From: the human T2T-CHM13v2.0 reference genome, Homo sapiens
Direction: 5' to 3' (one strand)
Length of the DNA: 64,000 nucleotides
NCBI RefSeq assembly: GCF_009914755.1
Contig: NC_060926.1
The number at the start of each line of letters is the position of its first letter. Positions within the stretch are counted from its first letter, which is position 1. The position numbers and the translations under genes are program-made. Below are positions 42,101 through 56,597 of this stretch, one piece after another. A model generated the notes under the pieces. That model did not search any database. It worked only from the letters and a program-made list of their open reading frames with translations, and had not been told where the DNA came from.

Positions 42101-43294
42101 ACAGGTGTTTGAAGATGAGGTTATCAAAAGACATCAGGAAAGGATCCACATTCATTTTCTTTAAGTAAAAGAGATAAAAATAACCTTAAGAGCATTGCAC
42201 AAAGCAAACGTCTCAGCAGCAGTCTTCACAATGAAAGGGTGCAGTCACCCAAGGTGTCAACTGGCAACAGGACTGCCTGATCAGGGCGAGGATCCCCTAG
42301 CCCCATGGAGTGGTGGATGTGGGTATGTGTGTCTGGTCATCCCCTTTCCTAGAGACTCTGGCTAAACTTCCTACCTGCCCAGGCACATAGAACCAGTAAG
42401 AGCTCCATCCATTGCTGACACCAGTTTTCCAGGGGCTCCGTGTCCAGACTTTCAGCCAGCCTAAAATCAAATTCCACAGGGGATGAGGAAAAAAGAAGAG
42501 TAGCACTGGAGTGACTCCCAGCATGGATTGGGCTGTGAGAGGAAGAGGAGCAGCTTTCGTTAGAGTTGGTGGCACTAGGCAGAGTGAGGTACAGAAGATA
42601 AATGGATAAAAAGTTATAAAAAGGCAGATGCCTCAGAAGATATAACCATGAGAGGTGATGCTTCATGGAAAGGGATGTGGTGCTCTGGATGGGACAGGCA
42701 TGGAAGATATCTGGGTGCCAGGGGTCAAACGCTAGAGCAGGATATTTTACCTCCCTGAACCTGAGTCCACAGTAATAAAATGGGCCAATAAGCCCTACCC
42801 TGCTTCATTCTTAAGATTTTCAGAAGAAACCAAAGTGGTCTGACGAATGTAAAAAGTGCTTTGTGCATGCCAGACCCTCTGTTGATTGATGTAAAGGCAG
42901 AAATTATCTCATAAATCTGTAATGACTATGGAAATGGCTACTGAAAAAGTACAAACAGAATGTTAAGAGTGGAAATGCCATGTTCCAGGTGTTTTCCCAG
43001 GATGTGCTAAAATGAATTAATTGAGGTCTGCTATGTGGAAAGTGTATGGGCGCATGCATGAGTGTTAGGTAGGGGGAAGGAAAGATGCAGGATGCCTGCA
43101 CGGGGGAATCAAGGCATGAATGCTTCCCATGCATTTGGAGATGAGTAAACATCTTCACCTGCTCTGGGCACAGTGGCGACCAGCAGGCAGGACACATGCT
43201 GACCACCTGTTTGCTGCAGTCTCTTAGGCTATGTTTCTTTCTCTGGAAGCATCCCTTGTTAGTGAGAAATGGAATCTTGATAAGTGTTATGGGT

Positions 43295-45631
43295 TGTATT
43301 AGTCCCTTCTCATGCTGCTATAAGGACATACCCAAGACTGGGTAACTTAGAGAAAAGAGGTTTAATTGACTCACAGTTCTGTATGGCTGGGAAGACCTCA
43401 GGAAACTTACCATCATGGCAGAAGGGGAAGAAAACACATCGTTCTTCACATGATGGCAGGAGAGAGAAGGTGTGTCAAGCAAAAGGGGAAGCCCCTTATA
43501 AAACCATCAGATTTCATGAGAACTCACTCACTATCACGAGAACAGCATGGGGAAAACTGCCCCCATGATTCAGTTATCTCCACCTGGTCCTACCCTTAAC
43601 ATGTGGGGATTATGGGAACTACAATATAAGATGAGATTTGGGTAGGGACACAGCCAAACCATACAATTGCACTCCTGACCCCTTCCAAATCTTATGTCCT
43701 CACATGTCAAAACACAATCATGCTTTTCCAACAGTCCCCAAAACTATTCCAGCATTAACCCTAAGGTTCAAAAGTCTCATCAGAGACAAGGAGAGTCCCT
43801 TCCACCTATGAACCTGTAAAATCAAAACCAAGTTAGTTACTTCCTAGATACAATGGAAGTATAGGCATTCGGTAAATACACCTATTCCAAATGGGAGAAA
43901 TTGGCCAAAACAAAGGGGCCACATGCCCCATGGAAATCCAAAATCCAATAGGGCAGTCATTAAACCTTAAAGTTCCGAAATGATCTCCTTTGACTCCATG
44001 TCTCACATCCAGGTCTCACTGAGGCAAGAGGTGGGCTCCCACAGCCTTGGGCAACTCCAACCCTGTGGCTTTGCAGCATACAGCCCACCTCCCAGCTGCT
44101 TTCATGAGCCAGAGTTGAGTGTCTGTGGCTTTTCCAGGCTCATGGTGCAAGCTGTCGGTGGATTTACCATTCTGGGGTCTGGAGGATGGTGGCTTTCTTC
44201 TCACAGCTCCAGCAGGCAGTGCCCCAGTGGGGAATCTGTATGGAGGCTCTGACTCCACATTTCCCTTCCACACTGCCCTAGCAGAGGTTCTCCATGAGGT
44301 CTCTGCCCCTGCAGGAAACTTCTGTCTGAACATTCAGGCATTTTCAGACATCCTCTAAGATCTAGGCAGAGGTTCCCCAACCTCAATTCTTGACTTACGT
44401 GTACCCATAGACCCAACACCATGTGGAAGCTGCCCAGGCTTGGGGCTTGCACCCTCTGAAGCAATGGCCTGAGCTGTACCTTGGCTCCTTTTAGCCACAG
44501 CTTGAGCTAAAGTAGCTGGGACACAGGGAACAATGTCCCAAGGCTGCATAGAGCAAGGGTCCCCAGCCTCCACTCACAAAACCACTTTCCCTCCTACCTC
44601 TCCAGGCCTGTGATAAGAGGGACTGCCATGAAGGTCTCTGACATACCCTGGAGACATTTTCCCCATTGCCTTGGGGACTAACCTTTGGCTCCTTGTTACT
44701 TATGCAAATTTCTGCAGCTGGCATGAATTTGTCCCCAGAAAATGGGTTTTTCTTTTATATTGCATTGTCAGGCTGCAAATTTTCCAAACTTTTATGGTCT
44801 GCTTCCTCTTGAATACTTTGCTGCTTAGAAATTTCTTTCACCAGATGCACTAAATCATCTCTCTCAGTTCAAAGTTCCACAGATCTCTAGGGCAGGGGCA
44901 AAATGTCACCAGTCTCTTTGCAAAAGAAAAGCAAGAGTCACTTTTATTCCAGTTCATAACAAGTTTCTCATCTCCATCTGAGACCACCTCTGCCTGGACT
45001 TCATTGTCCACATCACTACCAACATTGCGGCCAAAGCCATTCAACGAGTCTCCAGGAAGTTCCAAACTTTCCCATATCTTTCTGTCTTCTGAGCCCTCCA
45101 AGTCTCAAGGAAGTTCCAAACTTTCCCATATTTTTCTGTCTGTCTTCTTCTGAGCCCTCCAAACTGTTCCAACCTCTGCCTGCTACCCAGTTCTAAAGTC
45201 ACTACCAAATTTTATGGTATCCTTATAGAACCCCACGCTCTGTAGTACCAATTTACTGTATTAGTCCCTTCTCATGATGCTATAAGGACATACCCAAGAC
45301 TGGGTAACTTATAAAGAAAAGAGGTTTAATTGACTCTCAGTTCTGCATGGCTGAGAAGGCCTTAAGAAACTTACAATCATGGCAGAAAAGGAAGCAAACA
45401 CGTCCTTCTTCACATGGTGGCAGGGGAGAGAAGGAGTGTCAAGCAAAGGGGGAAGCCCCTTATAAAACCATCAGATCTCATGCGAACTCACTCACTATCA
45501 TGATAACAGGATAGGGAAAACCACCCCCCAAGATTCAATTATCTCCACCTGGTCCTGCCCTTGACACGTGGGGATTACAGGAACTACAATTCAAGAAGAG
45601 ATTTGGGTGGGGACACAGCCAAACCATATCA
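43295..45631 (-). mobile_element. Complete THE1 (THE1C/D-like) element: 3' LTR 43295-43666, internal 43667-45256, 5' LTR 45257-45631
   Basis: Two similar LTRs in direct orientation around ~1.6 kb THE1-int; perfect TSD TGGGT (43290-43294 / 45632-45636). Confidence 0.95.
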
Positions 45632-45965
45632 TGGGTTGAGGTATGCTCCCCCAAAATTCATATGTTGAAGTCCAAATTCAACATATGCAAAGTGATCTTA
45701 TTTGCAGATAGGATCTTTATAAAGGTAATTAAGTTAAAGTGAAGTCATCAGGGTAGTCCCTCATCCAACATGACTGGTGGTGTCCTTATACAAAGTGGCA
45801 AATTTGGACATAGAGATATTCCAAGAGAGAAGACAGTATGAGACACAAGGAGAAAACAGTCATCTCTAAGCCAAGGAGAGGGGCCTGGAACATATTCTCC
45901 ATCAGAGCCTTCAGAAAGAACCAACCCTGATGACACTTTGACCTCAGACTTCTCTCCAGAACCGA
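45632..45965 (+). mobile_element. MLT1B LTR, 3'-truncated; first 10 nt lie at 43285-43294
   Basis: tgttatgggt|tgaggtatgctccccc aaaattcatatgttgaagtcc...agccaaggagaggggcctggaaca. Confidence 0.85.
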
Positions 45966-46046
45966 CCAAAAGAAAAGAGAGCTATTTGGGAGGCACTAGC
46001 CCTGTTTCTCTGGATAATATCTTACTGGCGTTTAGTTTATACATAT

Positions 46047-46048
<2 letters not shown>

Positions 46049-46078
<30 letters not shown>
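46049..46078 (+). repeat. (GT)15 microsatellite
   Basis: Direct reading. Confidence 0.97.
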
Positions 46079-46081
<3 letters not shown>

Positions 46082-48119
46082 GTCCTGTGATGAAATAAGT
46101 GAAATGCAATGTAATTTTTTCGTGACAAGGTACAACAGAATTACCTTTTCAAAAGTTCTCAGGAAAGAACCTTATTTAGCTTTAACATAGAATTTCCCAA
46201 GCGCATTTTATCAAGTAATACCCACTATCTTTGCATCAAATTCCAGGGTGACACAAAGATCAGTTTGAGGGTGAAGACACTAGGTTGTTTCTTGGGCTCC
46301 TCCAATTTTAACATTGCATGAATTGCTAAATCTAATTTCAAACTCTCCTTGGGGAAGGTTCCTACCCACCTTTCCAGCCATTCTCCCTGATTCTGCTTCC
46401 AAAACCTCCTCTCCAGCCAGGTGGCCTCCTCCTTGGTCCCTCACCATACACGTCTTCCTTGCTCCTTGGCTCCAGCCGTCAGCCCTGCCTGAGCGTCCCA
46501 TCTCTCTTTTCCATGTAGCTACAGATAAGTCAGCCCCCTGCACCTGTCTCATCCTTCCCACCAGGGGAACCTTCCCAGCTGCCATTTGCTGAGTGCCAAC
46601 TCAGTCCGAGAATACCTGTTACTTCATTTCCTCACCACTGTGAGCACCTTGAAGCATAGCAACATTTGGGGACATGCCAAGTTTACTCATCTAGTAAATG
46701 GCAGATTTGGGATGGAAACCCACAGTGGGCTGATTCTGGATGATTCTCGAGATAAGCCTCTGAACCCATCTAGGCTTCCCACCTGCATCTATTCTCTGGC
46801 CCTCTGACAGATGTGTGCATATGGTGAGTTTGCCTTGTCCTTTAACTTGCCATGTGTTTTAAACTTGTCACCCAGCCAGGCTGTGAAGTCAGGAACTATA
46901 CTTTTCTCTTCTTGTGATTGCCCCAGAGTCCCATTTAATTGAAATTAACATTTTACTGGTAGAGACAGAAGGCAGAGTGAACCAGTGGGAGAAGCCCAGG
47001 TGAGAGCAGGAGACCCGGGTCCTGGCCTCTCCCACAGCCAGCTGCCTGGCGTCCTTGGAGAGTCACTTTCACTCATGGAGTCTTTGTTTTCTCATCTGGG
47101 CAGGGTTGGATTTAACGATCTCTAACTTCCCCTTTGACATTTGACAACTCAATCAGCAGAACTCTGAGAGAAAATGCTAAGGGGCACTGGAGCCAAGCTG
47201 CTCACAGAGGGTCTCTGAGGAACCAGCTGAGTAGCATCAAACAGAAGCCAAGGGGACCCAACTGGCAACAATGGAGCAAATGCGCTACTCAGTTACTGAG
47301 ATTTATATTAGAGGGATGAGAAATGAGGGGTGGGAACCTGTAAGAGGAAAGGATATGGTAAGAGCAATGGAACACGGGCATCTGTTATAAATCTTCCACC
47401 TTCAATTTCTCTTAAAGATGTTTATTAACAAAATGCTTCATGAGGCTTTGCTTTTGAGAAAGTAAGCAATTGTGGAAACAAAAGTTGATGATATGTAAAG
47501 AGTGACTTGAAAAGTAATCAGAGCAATACACAGGTTGCCTGCCTTATCTTTAAAAGTAAAGGTGGAACCTCACATCAAGAAAAAAATGGGGATCTACCAG
47601 GTCCATAAAAATAGGGGCTCTATAATCACAAACCAGAGGATCTAGGGCATTAGAAATCAAAAAGTAAATCCTGAGGATTATAAAAGGGATAAGGAAGGAA
47701 GACTGGGGATTGCAGTGGGAAAGGAGGAAGGGTGGAGTAACACTGAAGAGGCTTGGGTGACCCACATTTAGGATTTAAGTTCATGCCTTTGAGGATGATG
47801 AAGGAAGGAGTTGAGAAGAACTCTCCATGGACATATGGCAACAAGCACTGGGGTGGGACTCAAGACGCCTGTGTTTGTGTCCTTACTCCACCACCACCAG
47901 TTGGTTTGGTGATCTTGCACAAGCCACTTCAGCTCAATGAAACTGTTCCCTCATCTGCAAAGAGAGATGCAATTCCTATCTGCTCATACTGAGCTTTACC
48001 AGGTGCAGGTAAAGCCCATAATGCACCAGGTACATTGAGACATGCTATACACATGCACACTACCTTACAACAGAAGAATCATCGTATTAACCCTCTGGAG
48101 GCATCAGGCCTAACAATGT

Positions 48120-49180
48120 ACCACCAGTCTCCATGGCATCTGCCTTCTCTAGATTTCATCATCCCTTACCTTAACCATTGCCCAACTGCTTCATATTTTG
48201 CAATTTTGATCCATTGTGGACCAGAGCAATCTTTCCAAATTGCAACTGTGATCAAGGCTCTCTCTTTCTTACAGTCCTTCCCAACATATCTAGAATACAT
48301 TTTATGCTCCTTAAGAACACACATAAGACCCTCCATTACCTGCCCTCCATCCACCATTTCTAAACATTAGTTAACCACTTGCTGTGACAATTCTTATACA
48401 TCGGTCACATTGAACTATTTGAAATTCTGTCAAGATACTTTGATCTTCCATGATTCCAGGACTTTGTACATGCTTGCTCCTTTTCCTGAAGTGCCTTTTC
48501 CCATATGACATGTTCCATCTTACTCCTCAAACCCAGTTCAAATACAATCAAGACCTACTTCAAATACAATATTCCCTGAGAAGCATTCCCCGTCTCCCCC
48601 AGGCAGTTAATATTTCTGTTACCTTCGATTTTTATCAAAACATATTTTTTCCACACTGGAATTTCTATCATTTCCTTTAGGTAAAAAAATGTTCCAAAAA
48701 CTACTTTTTCAGCTGGATTCTCTGCTGTTTCCTTGGTAGCCCTGAAAATTCTACTGTATTGACAGCTCCAAGGTCAGTGTTTTGGAAATGACGTTTCTTT
48801 TACCTTATAGTACTTGCTAGAACTAAACTGCACTTGGAAAAAAAATGGATATGATTTTTAGGTCATCATCTGCCATATGGAACATTTCTGTAAGTGTAAG
48901 AGATGAGGCTGTGCAGAGATTCAAATGCTTTTGTTAATTCTAGAGACTCTTAACATCTGATTGAGAATTCCCTCCTGTGCCTTCACAGTGCTCTGTGCAC
49001 AGCTGTAGCACAGCGTTTCATCCATACTCCTCACTGCTATCTACTTCTCAACTTCCCATAGAAGGCCCTAAATGCTTTATGGCTTGAAACTATGTGTTTA
49101 TCTCCATATTCCCTAGCACACAGCCCAGTTTATGAGACACAGTGGCACTCAATCCAGAAATGTTCATTGGATGAATAATA
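48120..49180 (+). mobile_element. L2 fragments
   Basis: Pyrimidine-rich L2 body; tail ggcactcaatccagaaatgttcattggatgaat at ~49145-49175. Confidence 0.55.
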
Positions 49181-50016
49181 GCTTCATTTGTAGAGTGTGT
49201 TCTATTTGCCAGGCATTATCCTAAACACCTTCTGTGCATTAAGTCTTCTAATTCTCACAATATCGCTGTGAGACAGGTTTTATAATTATCCCCACTTTGA
49301 TGATGAGAAATCTAATGCCCAGAGTGTGTGTGAAGAAGTCTGCTTTAAAACAAAGACACTCTGGCAAGAGAGCCCATGCCTCCACACTACATTACCTTGA
49401 CTCTCATGTTGAATAAATAAAACATTTATGAGTCCAATTCTAATTGAGCTCTTTAGCCTTTTGTCAGTTTTGAGGAAAAAAATAAGGTAGGTCTAAATGC
49501 CGAGTTGTTTTATTCAGTATGTATTCACCAAATGACCACTTTGTGCCAAATGTCTTCCCTGTGTTCTTAGGGATCCAAGATGAGTCACCATTGTTTCATA
49601 GTCAATGAACAAGACCTGGCCTTCCTTCTAATCCATTGCCAAAAACAGCATTTCCTGCTGTATATTGTTGTGTTTGAGGTAGAAGGAAGTTACCACCTAG
49701 AGGCAAACCTCTCAAAAGCAGCAAGTCACCCTGACAGCAGCAGACTTAAGGAAGGGCTCAAAGATCTCTGTGAGGCGGCCATCAATACCCAAAGCAAGAT
49801 GGAGAAGACATTGTTCTCCCAACAGCTGGCCTGGAATTCCTCTTAGGGACAGTTTTCTTTGGAGGGGTTGACTCTCTGTGGTATGACTGTCAGCTGCCCC
49901 CTAGTTTCCATGAAGGAGAACTGAAGAGGAGAATAAAAACTTGCAGCTCTCAGGAGAGCAACCTTAGAGAAATGGGAGTGAGAAGGAAAGGTGGGAAGGG
50001 AAAAACAAAACTCAGA

Positions 50017-50412
50017 TAATGTAGCTTGAACATTTGTCTACTCCAACTCTCATGTTAAAATTTAACCTGCAATATTGGAGGTGGGGCCTAGTAGGAGGTG
50101 TCTGGGTCATGGCAGCAGATCCTTCATGAATGGCTTGGTGCCACACTGGAAGTAATGAGTGAGTTACTGCACTATTAGTTCCCACAAGAGCTGATTTTTT
50201 TTTTTAAAGCTGGGCCCCCTCTCTGCCCATGTGATCAGCACACACTGGCTCCCCTTCACCTTCTGCCATGAGTGGAAGCAGCCTGAAACCCTCAGCAGAT
50301 GCAGATGCCAATGCCATGCTTCTTATGCAGCCTGCAGAATAGGCCAAATAAAGTTCCTTTATTTATCAATTAGCCTCATGTCTTCCTTTATAGCAACACA
50401 AATCGACTGACA
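50017..50412 (+). mobile_element. MSTB-like solo LTR
   Basis: ggaggtggggcctagtaggaggtgtctgggtcatgg...gagtggaagcagcctga...cctttatagcaacacaaat. Confidence 0.82.
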
Positions 50413-50564
50413 TAGGATCAAAATAAAAATAATAATTTCATTCTTATAGTAAACCTCTGACACAGGTACTATTATTATTCCTACTTTATAATTTAGGAAA
50501 CTGAGGCACAGAAAGGTTAAGTAGGGAAATGTGTGTGTGCCATAACCCTTCTCTATGATTTTCT

Positions 50565-50841
50565 TTTTTTCAGTCTTGTGCTGTCATCCAGGCTGGAGTG
50601 CAATGGCACAATGTTGGCTCACTGCAACCTCCACCTCTCAGGTTCAAGTTATTCTCCTGCCCTCAGCCTCCCAAGAAGCTAGGATTACAGGTGCCCGCCA
50701 CCACACCCAGCTAATGTTTTTGTATTTTTAGGGGAGATGGGGTGTCAGCCAGGCTGGTCTCGAACTCCTGACCTCAAGTGATCCACCTACCTCAGCCTCC
50801 AAAACTGCCAGGATTACAGGCGTGAGCCACTGAGCCCAGCT
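50565..50841 (-). mobile_element. AluS with small deletions
   Basis: Antisense dimer; TSD cttc[t/c]ct[a/g]tgattttct (50548-50564 / 50842-50858). Confidence 0.92.
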
Positions 50842-51659
50842 CTTCCCTGTGATTTTCTATATCGTCCCAAAACTTTACCAAAATGTATTAGAATTATGGG
50901 TGAGTTTGATACTGTGGATATTTTTCTTCACAGCGTCCGTCCTGAGCTCCCTGTGTGGGTTGATTTAGGGCAGAAAGAGGGCTGGAGCATATGTAGGCAC
51001 ATGTCTGTCTGGGACATGGGAGATTTGAAATGACAGCATGCATTAAACAGCAAGAATAACCACCACCACGGACAGCTCAGAGGGAGGGTTACATGTATGA
51101 ACTGTAATTGGTTCAATTGCTGGGAAACAGAAAGAAATTTCTTAAATTTTTCAGAAATCCAAACTAAAGTATCCCTAGAGTCACTGGAAGAAATTTCAAT
51201 GGATAGGAGAGCTCCAAAAGCTGTAAAGAATCTACCCAGATTCTCTTTCACCTTCCACTGGGGTTCACTAAAGCGATCTGCTTGAGACCAGGCTGTCATG
51301 GAGGGATAGATTCTTTTGTTCTTCCCCTTTTCACAGTTGTTGTTATCACACTTTACCAAAAAAAGCTTATCTCCCATCCCTTTCAAGAATTCAGATGGTG
51401 CATTGTTCAGGGTATAAAAGTCTCCCAGGACAAAAGACACTATTCAAAATACAGTAACCATCTCTAGCACAATGAAAATTGACGTATAAGGTCATTAGCC
51501 ATTGACGCTCCACCTCTGCAGCAGACTTACCCCTACTTTTCACTGATGTCACAACAGGCCTGCATTTTAGGACACTGAAATTTTTAGATTTCATAAAAGG
51601 CTTGTAATAAATTAAGTTGCTGTTGCAAAAGGGGATTATTCCTAATACTTGTGTGGCAT

Positions 51660-52231
<572 letters not shown>

Positions 52232-52314
52232 GGTGTAACACATACTTTTTCAAGTCAGGTAGTTTCAAATTATTTTCTTTCAACAAAAAGGAAAGAGAAC
52301 TGGAAGGTGTGTGT

Positions 52315-52650
52315 TTAACACCTACTTTCCTTCTGGGAACCTGGAATTCTGGTGCATGCTAGGCAGAGGATGCTCACACGACCAGCACCCAATTAAAACC
52401 TTAGGTGCTAAATGACTAAGGAGCTTCCCAAGTAGATAACATTTCCCATTTCTTGTCACAACTCCTTGCTAAGGGACTGAAGTGCACCTGTGCAATTCCA
52501 CTGAGACAGCACTCCTGGAAGCTTGAGCCCAATTTTCTCTGGACTTCACCACATGTGCTTTCCCCTTGATGATTTTGCTTTGTGTACTTTCGCTATAATA
52601 AATCCTAGTTGTGAGTAGGACAATATACTGATTCTGTGAGTCTCCCTAAC
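52315..52650 (+). mobile_element. MER68-like LTR fragment
   Basis: ttccttctgggaacctggaattctggtgcatgctaggcagagg...ctggaagcttg...gattttgctttgtgt...aataaat. Confidence 0.7.
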
Positions 52651-54599
52651 CCATTCCCACCAGCCAGGCTGGAACATCTCATAATTCATGAAATACTCAG
52701 ACGAGTCTTCCTCAGCAAAGCGGAATAATTAGCCTAAGGCTAAATGCTACCGTAGCCTAGCAAACAATTATTAAAAGCAAGACCTAAAAAAAATCAAATT
52801 GTTTCTAAGCAACTTAGCTTATTCTAACAGAAAATAAAATCAAGAATATTTATAGGTATACAATACCAAACACTGAACAAGGTAAAATTTACAATGCCTG
52901 GCATCCAATCAAAAGCTACCAGGCATGCAAAGCAGCAGAAAAATACTAATCACAAGATAAGGTAAATCAATAAATAGAAACCATCCAGAACTGACACAGA
53001 CGTTGGGATTAGAAAAGACATTAAAACAATTATTATTATAACTGTATTCTATGTATCTAAAAAGTTAGAGACATAAACAATATTAGTAAGATTCAAATCA
53101 AATTTTTGAATTGAAAACTATAATGTCTGAGATAAAAAAATACACTGGATGGGATGAATGGCAGTTTAGACATTACAGAAGAAACTGGAATGGCATAGCA
53201 GTCACAACTATTCAAAACAAAACACAGAGCAAAAAAGGATCAATTCATGAAGAGGACATAACACTCCTAAAAGTTTATACACTTAATAATAAATAATCAA
53301 AATACATGAGGGAAAATTGATTGATAGAACTAAAGGACAAATAGACAAACCCACAGTTTTAGTTGGATGTTTTGATACTTTTCTGTTAATAATGGATAAA
53401 ACAAGTAAGCAGAAAAGGATATAGAATATAGGAAGAATATAGATGGCTTGAAAATAACACCACACAACCTGATTAATTGACATTTATGGACAATGGCACA
53501 ATATGCACATTTTAAGTACACAGGACACACTGGTCAGGATAGAATACATTTTGAGCCATAAAAAAACTCAATAAAATTAAAAGGATTTAAGTCACACAAA
53601 GTATGTTGTCCAGCCAAATGAAATTAAATTAGAAATTAGCAACGGAAGAATCTCTTTCAATATTGCCACATATTTGGAAAACTAAACAACACACTTCTGA
53701 ATACCATATAATCAAAGAATAAATCAAAAGGGAAGTGAGAAAGTATTCAGAATGAAATGAAATAACACATAATATAAAAGTGTGTGGTATACTGATAAAG
53801 CAGTACTTAAAAGGAAATTTATAATACTAGATACCTGCATTAGAAAAGAATACACTCTCAAATCAATAACTTCGCCTTCCGTTTTAAGAAACTAGAAAAT
53901 GATGAACAAATTAAGTGCAAAGAAAGCAGAGGAAGATAAATAGTAAAGATCACAATGGAAATTGATAAAATAGAAAACAGAAAGATAGTAAGTAAAGCCA
54001 ATCAACGCAACTAAAATCTAGTACTTTGACAGATCAATAAAATTGAGACCCCCCCTACCCAGACTGGTTAGTTAGAAACAAAAAGAAGGCATAAACTACA
54101 AATATTAAGAATTATTATAGATTCTACAGATATTAAAAGGATAATTCGAAAAGGTTAAGAACAATGTTATACAAATAAATTGTACAATTATGGTGAAATG
54201 AACAAAGACCTTGAAAGACACGCACTATCAAAGTTCACTCAAGAAGAAATAGATAAATTAAATGGCTCAATATCTATTAAAGAAAGTGAATTTGCAGTTA
54301 AAACTCTTTGCAAGAGAGAACTTCATAGCCAAATGGCTACACTGGAGAATTCATTCAAACATTTAAGGAAGAAAATATGACTAATTCTACACAATTTATT
54401 CCAGCAAATAGCAGAGGAGGGAATACTTCCCAATTCATTCTGTGAGTCTAGCATTGTCCCTAGAGCAAAACCAAAAAATTAAGACAGTATTTTCTAAAAG
54501 TATGAAAAACATCTCTTATGAATATAAATGCAAAATTCTAAAAAAAAAATCTAACAAATTGATTCCAACAACATATTTTTTAAAATAATACTTCATGAT

Positions 54600-55045
54600 T
54601 GTAGAGGGTAGAATTGGGTCTCTCAGAAAGATATGTTAAGTTGTAACCCTTGGTACTTGTGAATGTGACTTCATTTAGAAATCAGATCTTTGCACATATA
54701 ACCAAGTTGAAGTGAGGTTAAAGTGGATTAGGGTAGGCCTGGTGTCCTTATAAGAATATAGAAATTTGAACACAGAGATAAAGAGACACAAGAAGGACAG
54801 CAAGTGGCAACGGAGGCAGAGGTTGGAGTAATGCAACAACGAACCCCAGAACACCAAGGGTTGCTGGCAACCACAGCAGCTAGGAAGAGACAAGGAAGGA
54901 TAAGTCCAAGAGCCTTCAGGGAGAGCATGAACCTGGAAATCTTGTCAGACTTGAAAACTCCAGAACTATGAGAGAATAAATTTCTGTTGTTTCCAACCAC
55001 CCAGTTTGTGGTACTTTGTAACGGCAGCCCGAGGAAACTAGTGCA
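54600..55045 (+). mobile_element. MLT1C solo LTR
   Basis: tgtagagggtagaatt...ggttgctggcaaccacagcagctaggaagag...gagagaataaatttctgttgttt...ggaaactagtgca. Confidence 0.85.
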
Positions 55046-55159
55046 ATAACTAAGAGGAGCCTATCCTATGAATGCAGGTCTAGGTTAACGTTTGAAAATC
55101 AATTAATGTAATCTCCCGTATTAACACACTTGTTAAAAATAACATATGATCTTCTCATC

Positions 55160-55393
55160 TATTCATCCTTCAGTATATGCAGAGGATTGGTTCCAGGACT
55201 CCCTGAGTATACCAAATCACACATGATCAAGTCCGTCAGTCCCCCAGTACAGCTGCTGATACTAAAAGTCGCCCTCCATATACACAAGTTTCCCATTCTG
55301 CAACTACTGTATTCTCCATCTGTTTGATTGGAAAAAAATCCACATGTAAGTGAACCCACACACTTCAAACCTGTGTTACTCAAAGGTGAACTG
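55160..55393. mobile_element. MER8 (Tigger-family MITE)
   Basis: ggattggttccaggac...tataccaaatc...aaaaaatccacatgtaagtgaacccacacacttcaaacctgtgttactcaaaggtgaactg. Confidence 0.8.
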
Positions 55394-56597
55394 CACTAAT
55401 AAAAACCCTCAGCAAAGTAGGAATAGAAGGGAGTATCTTCAGCCCCACCTTCAAAAATCTACAAGTAATATATAATGACTACTTGTTTTCTCCCTGAGAC
55501 CAGTAGCAAGACAGGGCTGTCCACTCTCGCCGTTTCTATTCAGTATCATATCAGAAGTCCTCTTTAGGGCAATAACTTAAGAAAAAGAAGTAGAAGTCAT
55601 CCATATTCAAATAAAATAGTAAAACTCTTTGTTCACATATAACCTGATCATCTACGCAGAACATCTGATAGAATCCACAATAAAGCTACTAGAACTAATA
55701 AGTGAGTTTAGCAAGGTTTTGGTATACAAGATCAATATACAAAAATCTATATTTATATACACTAATAAAAATCATGTATACTGATAAACAATTAGAAATT
55801 TAAAATACCATTATTAATAGCGTAGAAATTATGAACTACTTAGTGATAAATCTGCCACAAATGAGAAAGACTTAGATAATGAAAACTATAAAACACCACT
55901 GAGATATATTTAAGAAGACTTAAATAAATGGAGAAACATATTGTGTGTATGAACTGGAATACTGAATATTACTAAGGTATCAGTTCTTCCCCAAACTGAT
56001 ATATAGATTCAATGCAATTTCAATCAAACTACTAGCAGAATTTTTTTTATAGAAAGCCAGTTTCAAAATTCACACGGAAATTCTAAGGATCTAGAATAGA
56101 CTAAACAACTTTGAAAAAGAGCAAAGTTGTAAGACTGATACTACCCGATTTCAAGACTTTTTATAAAGCTACAGTAATCACACCAAGCCTCCACTGGCAT
56201 AAAGATAGACAAATAGATAAAGAAAACAGCATAGAAAAGTTAGAAAAGGAATATACATAGTTAATGACCAATTATTGACAAAGGTACAAGAGCACCTCAG
56301 TAAAAACTATTCACATGCAAAAATTAACTTAAAATGGAACATATACCTAGAGGTAAAAGTTAAAACTAAAATTTCTTAGAAGAAAGGATAGGATTAAATC
56401 TCTGTGGCCTTGGGTTAGGGAAAGGTCTCTTAGCTACAATATCAAAAGCACAAACAGTAAAGGAACAAAAGATAAATTGGACTTAATCAAAATCAAAACT
56501 TTTGTACTATAAGCAATATCATCGACAAAGGTAATCCACAGAATGGAAAAAAATATATTTGCAAGTCATGTATGGAGTAAGGGACTTGTATGCAGAC

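Noticed and set aside
43980-45101. Overlapping ORFs in the THE1 internal region
   Set aside because: Short, broken remnants of the MaLR internal frame; no intact gene.
45055-45165. ~55-bp tandem duplication in THE1-int (aggaagttccaaactttcccata...)
   Set aside because: As I recall, this duplication occurs in many THE1/MST internal sequences, so it is not locus-specific.
50928-51440. 170-aa minus-strand ORF
   Set aside because: No recognisable domain, no supporting exon structure, non-ATG start; compatible with chance.
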